A DNA stretch of 64,000 bases, taken from assembly GCA_951406725.2 (NCBI GenBank), contig OX597817.1, forward strand, positions 158,534,001-158,598,000, read 5' to 3'. The notes beneath the pieces are model-generated. The model saw only the letters and a program-made list of their open reading frames with translations, was not told the DNA's origin and ran no database searches. The DNA comes from Octopus vulgaris (lineage: Eukaryota). The position numbers were made by a program, and so were the translations under genes. Below, piece by piece: positions 28,297-40,904 of the stretch; position 1 is the stretch's first letter; each line of letters begins with the position of its first letter.

Positions 28297-29536
28297 GTGT
28301 AGTGGGGTAATAGTGGTGGATGGCGGTGGGTGATAGCTCGGATGTTTTTTTCCAGTTCTTTTGCTAGATTCATTATAGCTAAAAAAGAGGAAGAAGAGGT
28401 GGTTTCCTGTCTAGGGAACCGCAGGTGACTGTGGCCGCGGCTATTTTTATGTGAGTGGTTATCTTTAAATGTCCGACGAGTCCCCGGAGATGGGTAAAGG
28501 GGCAATCCCTGTGCAAACACAATCTGTCTCGCTGGGAATAGCGGCAGATTTGGGGATTCCTTGTTTGAGATATTGGTGGTTGTGGTGATGTTGTATTATG
28601 GTGGTTGCTGTTGTAGTTTGTGGGGATAGAGCGTTTTGTTCCAGGTAAATGGGTGAATTTGCAGTCTCTATCAGTGCACAGTCTATGGCGAAGAGAATAT
28701 CGGCAAATGATGGGGTTTCGAGTGGGTGTGTAGGTGCGTGTATGTGTGTGAGCTGTGAAAGGTGTAGATGATAGTTTGAAGTTTTGGCGACCTTTGTGAC
28801 CTGTAGGAGGTAAATTCCTTGAGATAGCATTAGTAGTAGTAGCTGTAGTAGTAGTAGTAGTAGTAGGTAGAAGAGATGTTGACGGTGGTAATGATTGAGG
28901 AGGTCGATTCCAAGACAAAGATGTTTGTCGATATATAGTGGGAGTAGTACTAGTAGTAGTAAGCAGAGGAGATGGTGTTGACAATGATGATGATTGAGCT
29001 GCTGGGGCAGTGAAAGGAAGGGGTGGTGCTTCCTGCTGTGTGACCCTGATGACTGGGGGGTCAATCGTTTCATTTAGCAAATCGGCCATTGTAGATGAAT
29101 CAAGGAGTGGTTCATCCTGTTGTTGTTGTTGAGGTTGTTGTTGTTGCCTCTGAGGTTGTTGCTGCTGAAGTTGTTGTTGTTGCTGTAACTGTTGTTGTTG
29201 TTGTTGTTGCCGCTGAGTTTGTTGTTGTTGAGGTTGTTGTTGTTGTTGTTGAGGTTGTTGTTGTTGTTGTTGCGCCGGTGATGCGTTCGAAGAGAAAACA
29301 CATCTCAGTTTATCGAAGTGTTTATTTATTAATTTAAAAGCAACTTCGATTTGTTTTAATTTATTTTGGATCTGCTGTTCAGATCGAGTTTGCAAATGGT
29401 GAACTGTTCGTTTAGCAATTTCGTTCAGACACGAAGCACCTATGCTCTCTGTTTCGGTAAGGCCATGCCATGTGTTGATAAGAACGTCGACTTCATTATC
29501 AGACCAGTTTTTGTTGGATTTTTGGTGGCTAGCCAT
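28287..29536 (-). CDS. LINE ORF1: Myb/SANT(trihelix)-like domain, polyQ, Thr/Pro linker, two CCCH zinc fingers (1-bp frameshift near 28486)
   Basis: WSDNEVDVLINTW...RSEQQIQNKLKQI at the N-terminus and two C-x8-C-x4-C-x3-H motifs. The C-terminus continues in ORF 28287-28520 (PGTRR..., parallel to PGTKR after the first finger). Confidence 0.8.
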
Positions 29537-30226
29537 TCTGGTTGATATGTTTTATTAAATTTTATTTTGTTCGTTCGTTTTGTTGATTACTTTTAATTAT
29601 TATTATTATTTTTTTTTTTTTTTTTTTAAGGAGAAGTATGTAGAATTGATTGTACAGAATGTTTGTTGTAATACTGAGAAGTTTGTATTTGAATTATGAG
29701 CTTGTAGTTATTTTATCTTTCTTTTTTTTTTTTTTTCCCCTCTTTTTCTAATTTTTAATGTGTGGGTGATCCTTTAGTTATCAGAAGGTGTTTGAAAATA
29801 TTTGGTCGTTTGAAAATTATGAAAATAGTTTGTGGTTAAGGAAAAGTCTACTCACGAGTTGGGAAAAAGCGTGGTTTCAAATATACAGGAATATATGTGA
29901 TGGTCAATTACGACGAATGTAGCTGTGAAGCTTGCTGCTGACCGGCGCAGAGAGGAGTAAAAACACGTCTTATCGTCTCAGCTTACAATATATATTATAT
30001 ATATATATATATACATATATATATAATATTTTAATTTTAATTTCAATTTTTCATTTATTTATTTATTTATTTATTTATTTACAGAAAGACAGACAAAGAG
30101 AGAGGGGGGGGGAGATACAAATAAACACGATTGAACTTGATATATAAAATAGACATACATATACACATGTAGATATATGTATATAGTGATATATAATAGA
30201 GAAAAACAAAAAGAAAACTGAAAGTA

Positions 30227-30793
30227 TTGGGTTGTCCGGAAAGTTCATGCCGATTTTTAAAGGAAAGAAAAAGGTCGATAAATACTTAACATTACATTTT
30301 TAATCAACCAAATATGAACCATTTTGTTGCACAATGTGTCTCCATCTTTCCTTTAACTTGAAAATACCCTCTTCCCAGAATTGAGGTGGTTTCATAGCAA
30401 ACATTTCATCAAAGTATCTTTTTACATCATCCAAGGAATTGAAATTTTTACCATTAAAACTATTCTGCAGAGACCTGAATAAGTGGAAATCTAAAGGAGC
30501 AATATCTGGTGAATATGGAGGGTGGGGTAACACATCCCAGCTGAGCTGCAGCAATTTTTGTCTGGTTCCCAAAGTATCAAGTGCTGAAAATGAACTTTCT
30601 TATCTTCCATTTTAAAGGGTTACAAAATTAACACAGGTTATAGGAACATAAACCTTCTTCCACGAAAAGACAGCTTAAACTGTGCTCTAAATGGGGGGTG
30701 TAGTCAAATACTATTTTATGGACTCAACCATGTTCTAAAATAAGTCGAAAGGTAAGCTACTATAAATCGGCATGAACTTTCCAGACAACCCAA
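30227..30793 (-). mobile_element. Internally deleted mariner with intact TIRs
   Basis: TIR TTGGGTTGTCCGGAAAGTTCATGCCGATTT and its reverse complement; TA on both sides; transposase C-terminus PHPPYSPDIAPLDFHLF (30300-30572). Confidence 0.92.
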
Positions 30794-31424
30794 TAATATT
30801 TTAATTATGAAAATATAATGGAATTTTTAAAAGCTTCAAGTGGCTATGGGGGTGCATCCGAGTAAAACAGAACCACTGATCAAAATGAAATTTCTCCTAG
30901 AAAGTTGAAGGCGGTATTAAACAATGCTTCCTATTACTTATTTGCAATGAGTGGATGACAACAAAATCATAGCGGTGGTGTGCCACCCTAGTTGCCGATC
31001 GTGGTTACACAAACCATCACAGCCAAAAAATACGAGTCTCTCATACTGTATAGCAATTCTCTTGACCAAAGTATAAGTAACAAGTTGAGACATAGAACAT
31101 AAACATATTTTATTTATTAATTTATGGATTCATGTGTTATTCTAATATATTGTCACCGCATTGTATTTATAAGCGCAGAATCACACATTTTCCCCTACAA
31201 AATCACTACAAAATATCTTTCAATAAATATAAGGAAACGTATTAAATTAGCGGAACGTCTTATGCGCGATTATACGCTGGCTACAACATTCTGAATTCGA
31301 ATCCTGCTGAGGTCAATTTTGCCTTTCATTCCTTCGGGGTCATTAAATAGTACAAGTGAAGTACGGCTCTGCCTAACTGTCTGTCTCTTACTCTCTCTCT
31401 CTTACTCTCTCTCTCTCTCTCTCT

Positions 31425-31502
<78 letters not shown>

Positions 31503-31560
31503 GGATACGTTGTTCTGTTAGAAGTTTCGTAGAAGGCTGCTGACCCTTTCTCTTTATTTG

Positions 31561-31650
<90 letters not shown>

Positions 31651-31710
31651 ATAGTACTGGCAAAAACATTAGAACTTTAGAGAAAATGTCTTGCAATATT
31701 TATTCTCGAT

Positions 31711-34040
31711 AAGGCGGCGAGCTGACAGAAACGTTAGCACGCCGGGTGAAATGCTTTGCGGTATTTCGTCTGCCGCTACGTTCTGAGTTCAAATTCCGCC
31801 GAGGTCGACTTTGTCTTTCATCCTTTCGGGGTCGATTAAATAAGTACCAGTTACGTACTGGGGTCGATATAATCGACTTAATCCGTTTGTCTGTCCTTGT
31901 TTGTCCTCTCTGTGTTTAACCCCTTGTGGGTAGTAAAGAAATAGGTATTTTGCCTGTGCTTACATTCTGAGTTCAAATTACACCCAGGTCGACTTTGCCG
32001 TTTATCCTTTCGGGGTCGATAAATTAAGTACCAGTTGCGTACTGAAGTCGATCTAATCGACTGGCTCCCTCCTCCAAAATTTCGGGCCTTGTGCCTAGAG
32101 TAGAAAAGATTTCGTCTGTCCTTACATTCTGTGTTCAAATTCCGCCCAGGTCGACTTTGCCTTTTATCCTTTCGGGAGTCGATAAATTAAGTAGCAGTTG
32201 CGTACTGGGTTGATCTAATCGACTGTCTCTCTCCCCCAAAATTTCGCGCCTTGTGCCTAGAGTAGAAAAGAATATTTGTTCTGGATAAGGCGGCGAGCTG
32301 GCAGAATCGTTAGCACGCCGGACAAAACGCTTAGTTGTATTTCATTCGTATTTACGTTTTGAGTTCAAATTCAGCCGAAGTCGACTTTGCCTTTCATCCT
32401 TTCAGGGTCGATAAAATAAGTACGAGTTGAGCAATGGGGTTGATGTAATCGACTTAACCTTTCCTCCAAAACTGCTGACCTGTGCTAAAAAATTTGAAGC
32501 CAATATTTCTTCTGGTTCTTTACGATCTGAGTTCAAATCCCGTCGAGGTCAACTTTGCGTGTTCATCCTCCCGGATTCAATAAAGTAAAGTACCAGGCAA
32601 ATAGTAGGGAAAAAGTAGGGAGATATAATGCCTCTGGATTTCTGGCCATGTGTTTCATTTAGAAACAATAAGCTTTAGTAATAGTCAGGAGGGTAGCTGG
32701 TGGAGGGTGAGGGGAAGGGTCGGTCTCGGCGGCGGTTTTATGGGGTCTGCTATATAAGTCTGTATAGTTTTGGGAACCTGGCGGAAGCAAACTCAAGTGC
32801 TACCCGGGGTGACACACTCTAGCTACTCCGCTGGTAGTAGTACTTTCTTCTGCATCACCAAGACTGGTCCTTCGGATTTCCTACGTAATAAAATCATGAA
32901 ATAATATTGGTTTTAAATTTTGGCACAATGCCAGCAAGTAAACGTTTAAACGTTTCGAATTTCAGCGCAAATCCTGCAATTTGGGGCAAGAGATTACATC
33001 GACCCCCAGTATTCAACTGGTATTTTTTTTTTATCGACCTCGATAGGATGAAAGGCAAAGTCGACCTCGGCAGAATTTGAACTCAGAACGTAGCGACGGG
33101 CGAAATGCTGCTAAACATTTTCCCGGCTTGTTAACGATTCTGCCAGCCCACCACCTAAAATCCTTAAATAGTCCTTTCTACGATAGGCAGAAGGCCTGAA
33201 ATTTTGGGTGAGGGAACTAGTCGATTACACCGACCCCAATGTTTCACTGATACTTATTTTATCGACCCCGAAAGGATGAAAGGCAAAGTGGACCTCGGCA
33301 GAATTTGAACTCAGAACGTAGCGACGGGCGAAATGCCGCTAAGCATTTCACCCGGCCTTGTGCCTAGAGTAGAAAAGATTTCGTCTGTCCTCACACTCTG
33401 AGTTCAAATTCCACCCAGGTCGACTTTGCCGTTTATCCTGTCGGGGTCGATAAATTAAGTACCAGTTGCGTACTGAAGTCCATCTAATCGACTGGCTCCC
33501 TCCTCCAAAATTTCGGGCCTTGTGCCTAGAGTAGAAAAGATTTCGTCTGTCCTTACATTCTGAGTTCAAATTCCGCCCAGGTCGACTTTGCCTTTTATCC
33601 TTTCGGGAGTCGATAAATTAAGTAGCAGTTGCGTACTGGGTTGATCTAATCGACTGTCTCTCTCCCCCAAAATTTCGGGCCTTGTGCCTAGAGTAGAAAA
33701 GAATATTTGTTCTGGATAAGGCGGCGAGCTGGCAGAATCGTTAGCACGCCGGACAAAACGCTTAGTTGTATTTCATTCGTATTTACGTTTTGAGTTCAAA
33801 TTCAGCCGAAGTCGACTTTGCCTTTCATCCTTTCAGGGTCGATAAAATAAGTACGAGTTGAGCAATGGGGTTGATGTAATCGACTTAACCTTTCCTCCAA
33901 AACTGCTGACCTGTGCTAAAAAAATTTGAAACCAATATTTCTTCTGGTTCTTTACGATCTGAGTTCAAATCCCGTCGAGGTCAACTTTGCCTGTTCATCC
34001 TTTCATCCTTTCGGCCCTTGTGTCTAGAGTAGAAAAGACT
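31711..34040. mobile_element. Cluster of family B SINE units in both orientations, containing a ~620-bp local duplication
   Basis: Plus units at 31711-32570 and 33378-34040; minus units at ~32905-33350. Confidence 0.8.
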
Positions 34041-34514
34041 CTGCCAACCCACCGCCTAAAATCCTTAAATAATATTGATTAATTACCCTCCAAGTATTCC
34101 TTTAATTCAATTGAATCCCTTCTTTAGTAAGAACACGATTTTCCTAGAAGATGCTGTTAACTTATTATGATGACATGCAAAGTTATACCGCATCATACAA
34201 TAATATATAATTTAATTGTATATATCTTGCTTAATGCTACTAATCCGCGAGCAGTATGAATACACCCATGCGGAAGGTATTGACTCAGCTCAAACGATGC
34301 AGTCTGTTTCTTAAGCCTATTTATTCAAGTAGAGCTATGCTACTTATTCAGTCAGCATAGCTATACTAGTTATTTTGTCGATCTGTTACTTGTTTCAGTC
34401 ATTGCTCTGAAACCATGCAGGGACACCGCCCTAAAGAGTTTAGTCGCACAAATCGACCTTAGTGGTTATCATTGATGAGTCACATATTTATTCTATTGGT
34501 ATCTGTTATGCCAA

Positions 34515-34896
34515 GGAGGCGCAATGGCCCAGTGGTTAGGGCAGCGGACTCGCGGTCGTAGGATCGCGGTTTCGATTCCCAGACCGGGCGTTGTGAGTGT
34601 TTATTGAGCGAAAACACCTAAAGCTTCACGAGGCTCCGGCAGGGATGGTGGTGATCCCTGCTGTACTCTTTCACCACAACTTTCTCTCACTCTTACTTCC
34701 TGTTTCTGTTGTACCTGTATTTCAAAGGGCCGGCCTTGTCACTCTCTGTGTCACGCTGAATATCCCCGAGAACTACGTTAAGGGTACACGTGTCTGTGGA
34801 GTGCTCAGCCACTTACACGTTAATTTCACGAGCAGGCTGTTCCGTTGATCGGATCAACCGGAACCCTCGTCGTCGTAACCGACGGAGTGCTTCCAT
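34515..34896 (+). mobile_element. SINE family A nested in an old family C SINE
   Basis: Full-length; flanked by TTATGCC repeats within diverged family C sequence. Confidence 0.88.
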
Positions 34897-35028
34897 CCAT
34901 ATTATGCCGAACTACTAAGTTACGGAGATGTAAGCAAACTGACACTGGTCGTCAAAAGATGGGTGGTGGGGCAAAGAAAGCACAAAGTCACACACATACG
35001 CACGCACACACATATGTACATATGCATA

Positions 35029-35539
35029 CCATAAATCCTCGAGTATAGTCCGCCCTTGAGTATAATACCCAGGGGATTTTTAGGGGGCTGTACCTCTGAA
35101 AAACCTAAACCTTGTGTATAATACGCACTCCTTCTCTAACTTGAGTCAGGAGGTCTATATAACGTCCTTGGTTTGTATAAATGTATACGGTAACGTCCTT
35201 TATTATTATTGTATATATAACATAATGCAAATGTGTAGCATTTTTGTGCATTTTGTTTGCAGAAAATAAAGAAATAACAGTAATAACGTTTAATAAATGT
35301 TGCTTACTGCAAGTTATGGATGATTCTTTTATGACTTCATTGCTTTCAGGCTTAGCTTAAGGTATTTTCGCCCCCGACCTCACAAAATGCGTCTGAATAA
35401 ACATTGCCGGACAGCAAATCGAGACTCGGACATTGCTTAGAATATATTTTTCATTTTTAACCTCGTATATAGTACGCACTAGGGATTTTGACCTTTAAAT
35501 TTTAGGGAAAAAATGCGGATTATACTCGAGGATTTACAG
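35029..35539. mobile_element. pogo/Tc2-like MITE, copy 1
   Basis: TIRs ...TAAATCCTCGAGTATAGTCCGC / GCGGATTATACTCGAGGATTTACAG with TA flanks; near-identical to 43860-44372. Confidence 0.85.
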
Positions 35540-35599
35540 TATACATATATATGTATATGCATTTGGTTGTAATGGATATATTTAATCAAGATAATAATT

Positions 35600-37628
35600 T
35601 CACTCATTTTCAATTATATAATCCTATCTGGCTGATAAGTTGTTGATCCTTCGGGCATTAAAATATTCGGGTTTCGGTACAAAGAAAAATATTCAATTTC
35701 TGTGTTTACCTCTTCTCGATTTGTGAACTGTTTTCCATTTAAATAATGTTACAATGATAAGAAAAGATGATAATCCGATTAGTTAAGATCGGGTGAATAA
35801 GGAGAATGTGGCAAAACTTCCATATTAAGCGTGAGAATTTTGTTCAGCGTAATTCGAACAATATGCGGTCTTGCATTGTCGTGTGTGAGCAACACACCTT
35901 TACGATTAATCAATGTTGGTCGGTTTTTCTGCAACTTTTGGTACAATGATTCTAGTTGGTGACAGTAACTTACCAGCATTAATTGTCTCGCAGGAGTTCG
36001 CAGGTGTTCAACACTTTACTATTTCAAGATTTTGCCATAAAAGCATTACACAGAGAGAGAAGCTTGCGGGCTGGACAAGGACATTACTGAGATGAGTGAT
36101 GAAAAAGATGGTATTAATGGGACGAGCTGGCAGAATCGTTAGCACGCCGAGCGAAATGCGTAGCCGTATTTCGTCTGCCGTTACGTTCTGAGTTCAAATT
36201 CCACCGAGGTCGACTTTGCCGTTCATCCTTTCGGGATCGATTAAATAAGTACCAGTTACGCACTGGGGTCGATGTAAGCGACTTAATCCGTTTGTCTGTC
36301 ATTGTTTGTCCCCTCTGTGTTTAGCCCCTTGTGGGCAGTAAAGAAATAGGTATTAATGGGAGAAGACAAAAGACGCCCGCCGATCTTTCCTTCTCTAAAA
36401 CATTGTTCTTTTTTCTTTTATTTTGAAAAACAAAAAACACAAATGAGGTAATGAACCTCTTACAGTAACATTAGATTTCATAATAATAACAAAAACATTA
36501 GATTGAGGCGCTAAGCCCCTTATCGATCATCCCCGATTAAATCTCTTGCTGCCTTCAGGCAATCCCGCAGCGGTATGTCGGGGACCCAGAAGAGATAATT
36601 GTACTCTTTCTTAGAAAGGAATCGATTACCTCATAAAATTTACTTTCTTCCATGACCTCCGCAGCTACCTGCGGAGGTCAGTATGGACTATCCATGCTGG
36701 TCGGGACCACCAGTTCCCGACCTTCAAAACTATCCACAAAGTTCTCTACGGCCTCTCCCTTGAGATAGAAGACCACATATTCTTCATTATTTTCACTGGG
36801 AGGGGCCACAGCCTCCTCCGCCTGTGGCACAATTTCCACCGACGAAGTTCAACACTTCATGATAGACGACACCCCTCATGTCTCACCAAAGAAAAAGCGT
36901 AACATTTTCTGGGTGTAGTTCTGTTTTGGGTGTTGCTTGCCCCTTTTCATTGGGTGATAACCATTGTGGTTTCCTTTAGATATTATTGTAAAGCACCTAG
37001 TTTCACCACTGGTTATTATTCTATCCCCCAAAAAGGGTCACTAGCAAGTCAACTCTTTAATGAAGCGCAAATGGCAACCCTCTGATCGAGTTGTGTAGCA
37101 GTCAGATTATGTGGCACCCATTAGCCAAGTTTAGACACTTTTCCCAGTTTGTGCAGTTGCTTTACAATAGTTCTGTGACATGTATTGAACACATCTGCCA
37201 ACTCTCGTGCAGTTTGCTTGGCATTTTCTTCCACCATATTGCGTAAAACCTCGAGATCGTGGGAATTTGATCGAGGGGAATCACTGAGGCAAAAGTTTCC
37301 TGATCGAAATTGTTTAAATAATCGATGGCATGTTCGAACAGTTGGAGCTTCATTTTTATAGGCAGAACCAATATCTCTTGCAGCGTTTTTTGCTGAGGAA
37401 CCCTTTTTGTATTCATACAGCATATAATGTCTTATATGTGTCTGATCAGCACTCATTCTAGAGGGCTCAGATTGCAGAAATATTAAACATTTTAGCATCA
37501 AATTAATCTGAAAGAAACAAGAAAAGCATTAGGACAAAAAATGAAAAGTTTATATTGCATACAGCATTGACAAAGTGCATTCAAAGTTAATATGTCTAAA
37601 ATGCGACAGGATTTTGTATCCAACCTAA
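35600..37628 (-). mobile_element. Decayed mariner split by insertions
   Basis: HTH region at 37121-37501 (HIRHYMLYEYKKGSSA...), catalytic HDNARPH and PHSPYSPDL at 35779-35979, TIR-like TTAGGTTGGATACAAAA at the right end. Left boundary is approximate. Confidence 0.8.
36122..36350 (+). mobile_element. SINE family B inside a mariner
   Basis: TSD-like GGTATTAATGGGA. Confidence 0.85.
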
Positions 37629-38068
37629 TACTTAATAGTGGTAGGGCTTGCTGTGTTCTGTCCAACATTTACTTCTACACTATATTGTTGATTCCATGGA
37701 TAACAAGAAAAGATTTCTGCGGTCGGTCAAACTATCAGAAATATTAACCAAGTCACCCTCAAATTACACTTCACCATCTTAAAAATTCTAGTGGGGCTGT
37801 TGGGGGAATAATTTTACTTGGTGGATTAACGATTAAGTGCTAGCGTTGTTGAGTAGTGGTGATTCGTTTAACACGGATTGTTGAAGTTATGGGTGACATT
37901 TAACAATCAGAAGAGACTTATGTATGGCTACAATCAATGAAAATCAAAACAGCAATCATGAAAAACTTAAGGTCATACAGTCAAAAGGCTAAACGCTTTG
38001 TCATCTCATCACAAAGTCTTTATCTCCCTTCTGTCTACTCTCACCGACCTTCGCATAGTGCAGTAGAT

Positions 38069-38449
38069 GGAAGCACTCCGTCGGTTACGACGATGAGGGT
38101 TCCGGTTGATCCGACCAACGGAACAGCCTGCTCGTGAAATTAACGTGTAAGTGGCTGAGCACTCCACAGACACGTGCACCCTTAACGTAGTTCTCGGGAA
38201 TATTCAGCGTGACACAGAGAGTGACAAGGCCGGCCCTTTGAAATACAGGTACAGCAGAAACAGGAAGAAAGAGTGAGAGAAAGTTGTGGTGAAAGAGTAC
38301 AGCAGGGATCACCACCACCTTCTGCCGGAGTCTCGTGGAGCTTTAGGTGTTTTCGCTCAATAAACACTCACAACGCCCGGTCTGGGAATCGAAACCGCGA
38401 TCCTACGACCGCGAGTCCGCTGCCCTAACCACTGGGCCATTGCGCCTCC
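38069..38449 (-). mobile_element. SINE family A
   Basis: TSD CATAGTGCAGTA. Confidence 0.9.
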
Positions 38450-38950
38450 ACTACATAGTGCAGTATAGCCATGTAGTTCCTCTATAGCAAAACAAACTGT
38501 ACTTGTCTCTCATTCATATTTTAGCCTCCAGTACCAGGCATAAGGCCACCGCCCTTTTTTCCTAATACAATCCCACTCGAGAGAGCTTTCCTTTTCCTTT
38601 TCTTCATTTTGTCATACCTTGCGACCTCACCAGTGCTAGTGTCATGAAAAAAAAAAGCACCTTGTATAAACTGTAAAGTGGTTGGTTTTACGTAGGGCAT
38701 CCAGGTGTAGAAACCATGCAAAAGCTGACATTGGGGCCTGACGTTTGCGGCACGTTGGATCCTGTCGAACCGTCCAACCCATGCAGCATGAAAAACAGAC
38801 GTTAAATGGCGACGACGACGATGACGATGATGATGATGGTGATAATAAATTCATGCACAGTAAATCAAAACTAAAACTATACCTCAAAGACTGACCTTTT
38901 CTACCGAAAGTTTCCTTAACGGTTTCGCAAGATCTTAGTAAAAGAAACGT

Positions 38951-39334
38951 GGAGGCGCAATGGCCCAGTGGTTAGGGCAGCGGACTCGCGGTCGTAGGAT
39001 CGCGGTTTCGATTCCCAGACCGGGCGTTGTGAGTGTTTATTGAGCGAAAACGCCTAAAAGTTCCACGAGGCTCCGGCAGGGGATGGTGGTGATCCCTGCT
39101 GTACTCTTTCACCACAACTTTCTCTCACTCTTACTTCCTGTTTCTGTTGTACCTGTATTTCAAAGGGCCGGCCATGTCACTCTCTGTGTCACGCTGAATA
39201 TCCCCGAGAACTGCGTTAAGGGTACACGTGTCTGTGGAGTGCTCAGCCACTTACACGTTAATTTCACGAGCAGGCTGTTCCGTTGATTCGGATCGACTGG
39301 AACCCTCGTCGTCGTAACCGACGGAGTGCTTCCC
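38951..39334 (+). mobile_element. SINE family A
   Basis: TSD AGTAAA(A/G)GAAACG. Confidence 0.9.
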
Positions 39335-39573
39335 CCAGTAAAGGAAACGGTGGGAAATTTCAGCTGATCAATCTTCAAATAAGAAGAAAGGAAAGCGAGA
39401 AGGAGAGAAAGAGAGAGGGAGAGAGAGAAAGAAAGAGAAAGAGAAAGAGATGTAGGAAAAGAGGTAGAGAGAGAGGAGACAAAGAAAGAGAAGAAAAAGT
39501 CGAAGAGGTAAAACAAAGGATGATGGAAAAGATAGAACGAGAAAGGCAAAAGAAATGTGTAAGAGGCTTTATA

Positions 39574-39805
39574 TGTTTCTTTATTATCCACAAGGGGCAA
39601 AACATAGAGGGGACAAACAAGGACAATCAAACGGATTAAGTTGATTACATCGACCCCAGTGCGTAACTGGTACTTAATTTATCGACCCTGAAAGGATGAA
39701 AGGCAAAGTCGACCTCGGCGGAATTTGAACTCAGAACGTAACGGCAGACGAAATACCGCTAAACATTTCGCCCGGCGTGCTAACGGTTCTGCCAGCTCGC
39801 TGCCC
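39574..39805 (-). mobile_element. SINE family B
   Basis: TSD TAAGAGGCTTTATAT. Confidence 0.88.
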
Positions 39806-40904
39806 TAAGAGGCTTTATATTACTCAGAACGTACGAAGCAAGGACCAGCTAAAAGTCTGAAAACAAGCACAGATATTTAGGACAAGTTTTTAAAATGCTC
39901 TGGACAGGCAAAGGGTTAAAAATTAATTGAATAATTTCATCACTTCTGTAATATATTAAAGCTGTCACATTATCTAATTTCCTTAATTAAAGACTTTAAT
40001 TTTAGTTAATGAAAGCTAAGCTCCAGACAACACTAAATTGCTATATATCTTTACGTACAGATATGTATACGAAACTAGATAATTTGTGTCTCGTGTTTGT
40101 CTCATTTAGGGTGGACCAGTTCACTGCACATTTGACCGTGGTTTTGTTCATAACCTTCATCTGTGCTGCACGTGGTGGTCATATACATGATTGCTACTTT
40201 GGCCGCAAAAAGTCTGTAACAACAAAAGCCGACGCAGAAGATTACATAAGCTCAAAGTTATTAGATCTAATCCTCTGCGACTATAATCGTGACGATCACA
40301 CACACGCACGCACGCACACACACACACACATACACACACACACACACACACAGAGCTTAATCTTCAGGTGTGATATTTAAGTAAGACAGAAACGACTAAA
40401 TCAGGTTATTAATTAGACTTTATCTAAAGTTTTTTTTTTTGCCTGCTGACTGGCTTTACAATTTGGTGGAGTTCAAGTTTTGTATCGAAATGTGTTTAGC
40501 TTGTGCTGAAGCATAACGTCATAGCAATGTCAAGTGTTAACCTAGAGTTGCACTGTCTACCATTTTATGCTACCTCCCAGTTCAATATTTTCCCATCGAT
40601 TTCACGTCTGGTCACCACCTCATATAAATAAATACACGAGTCTTACATTGGCGTGTGTGTCTTACTTTTATGCAATTATACAACCTTGGCTTATCTGCCA
40701 ACCTCATCTATTTCGGATATGCTTTCCACATACGAGAATCCATTTATTTGATCTTATACTTGAAAAAAATAATGATCTCCAGCTATCCCTCTCTCCCTAC
40801 CCCTCCCACTCCCACAATCTTCCTCACTCCTTTCTCTCTTCCTTATCTCTCCCTTGTCTTCCTCTCTCTCTATCTCCTTTCTCTCTATCGCCTCACTCTC
40901 TCTC

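Larger units (their letters stand above)
25181..29987 (-). mobile_element. Full-length CR1/L2-group non-LTR retrotransposon (ORF1 + APE-RT ORF2) inserted in (TA)n
   Basis: 5' UTR, ORF1, ORF2, short 3' UTR and a tandem tail (TTCTAAGTTA-TTCTAAGTT on minus). Both flanks are TA-dinucleotide rich. Confidence 0.92.

Noticed and set aside
31950-32280. Regularly spaced repeats suggestive of a CRISPR array
   Set aside because: Eukaryotic context, no unique spacers, no cas genes; the units are SINE bodies.
34515-34590. tRNA-like sequences with A/B boxes
   Set aside because: SINE heads followed by SINE bodies and TSDs; no complete cloverleaf.
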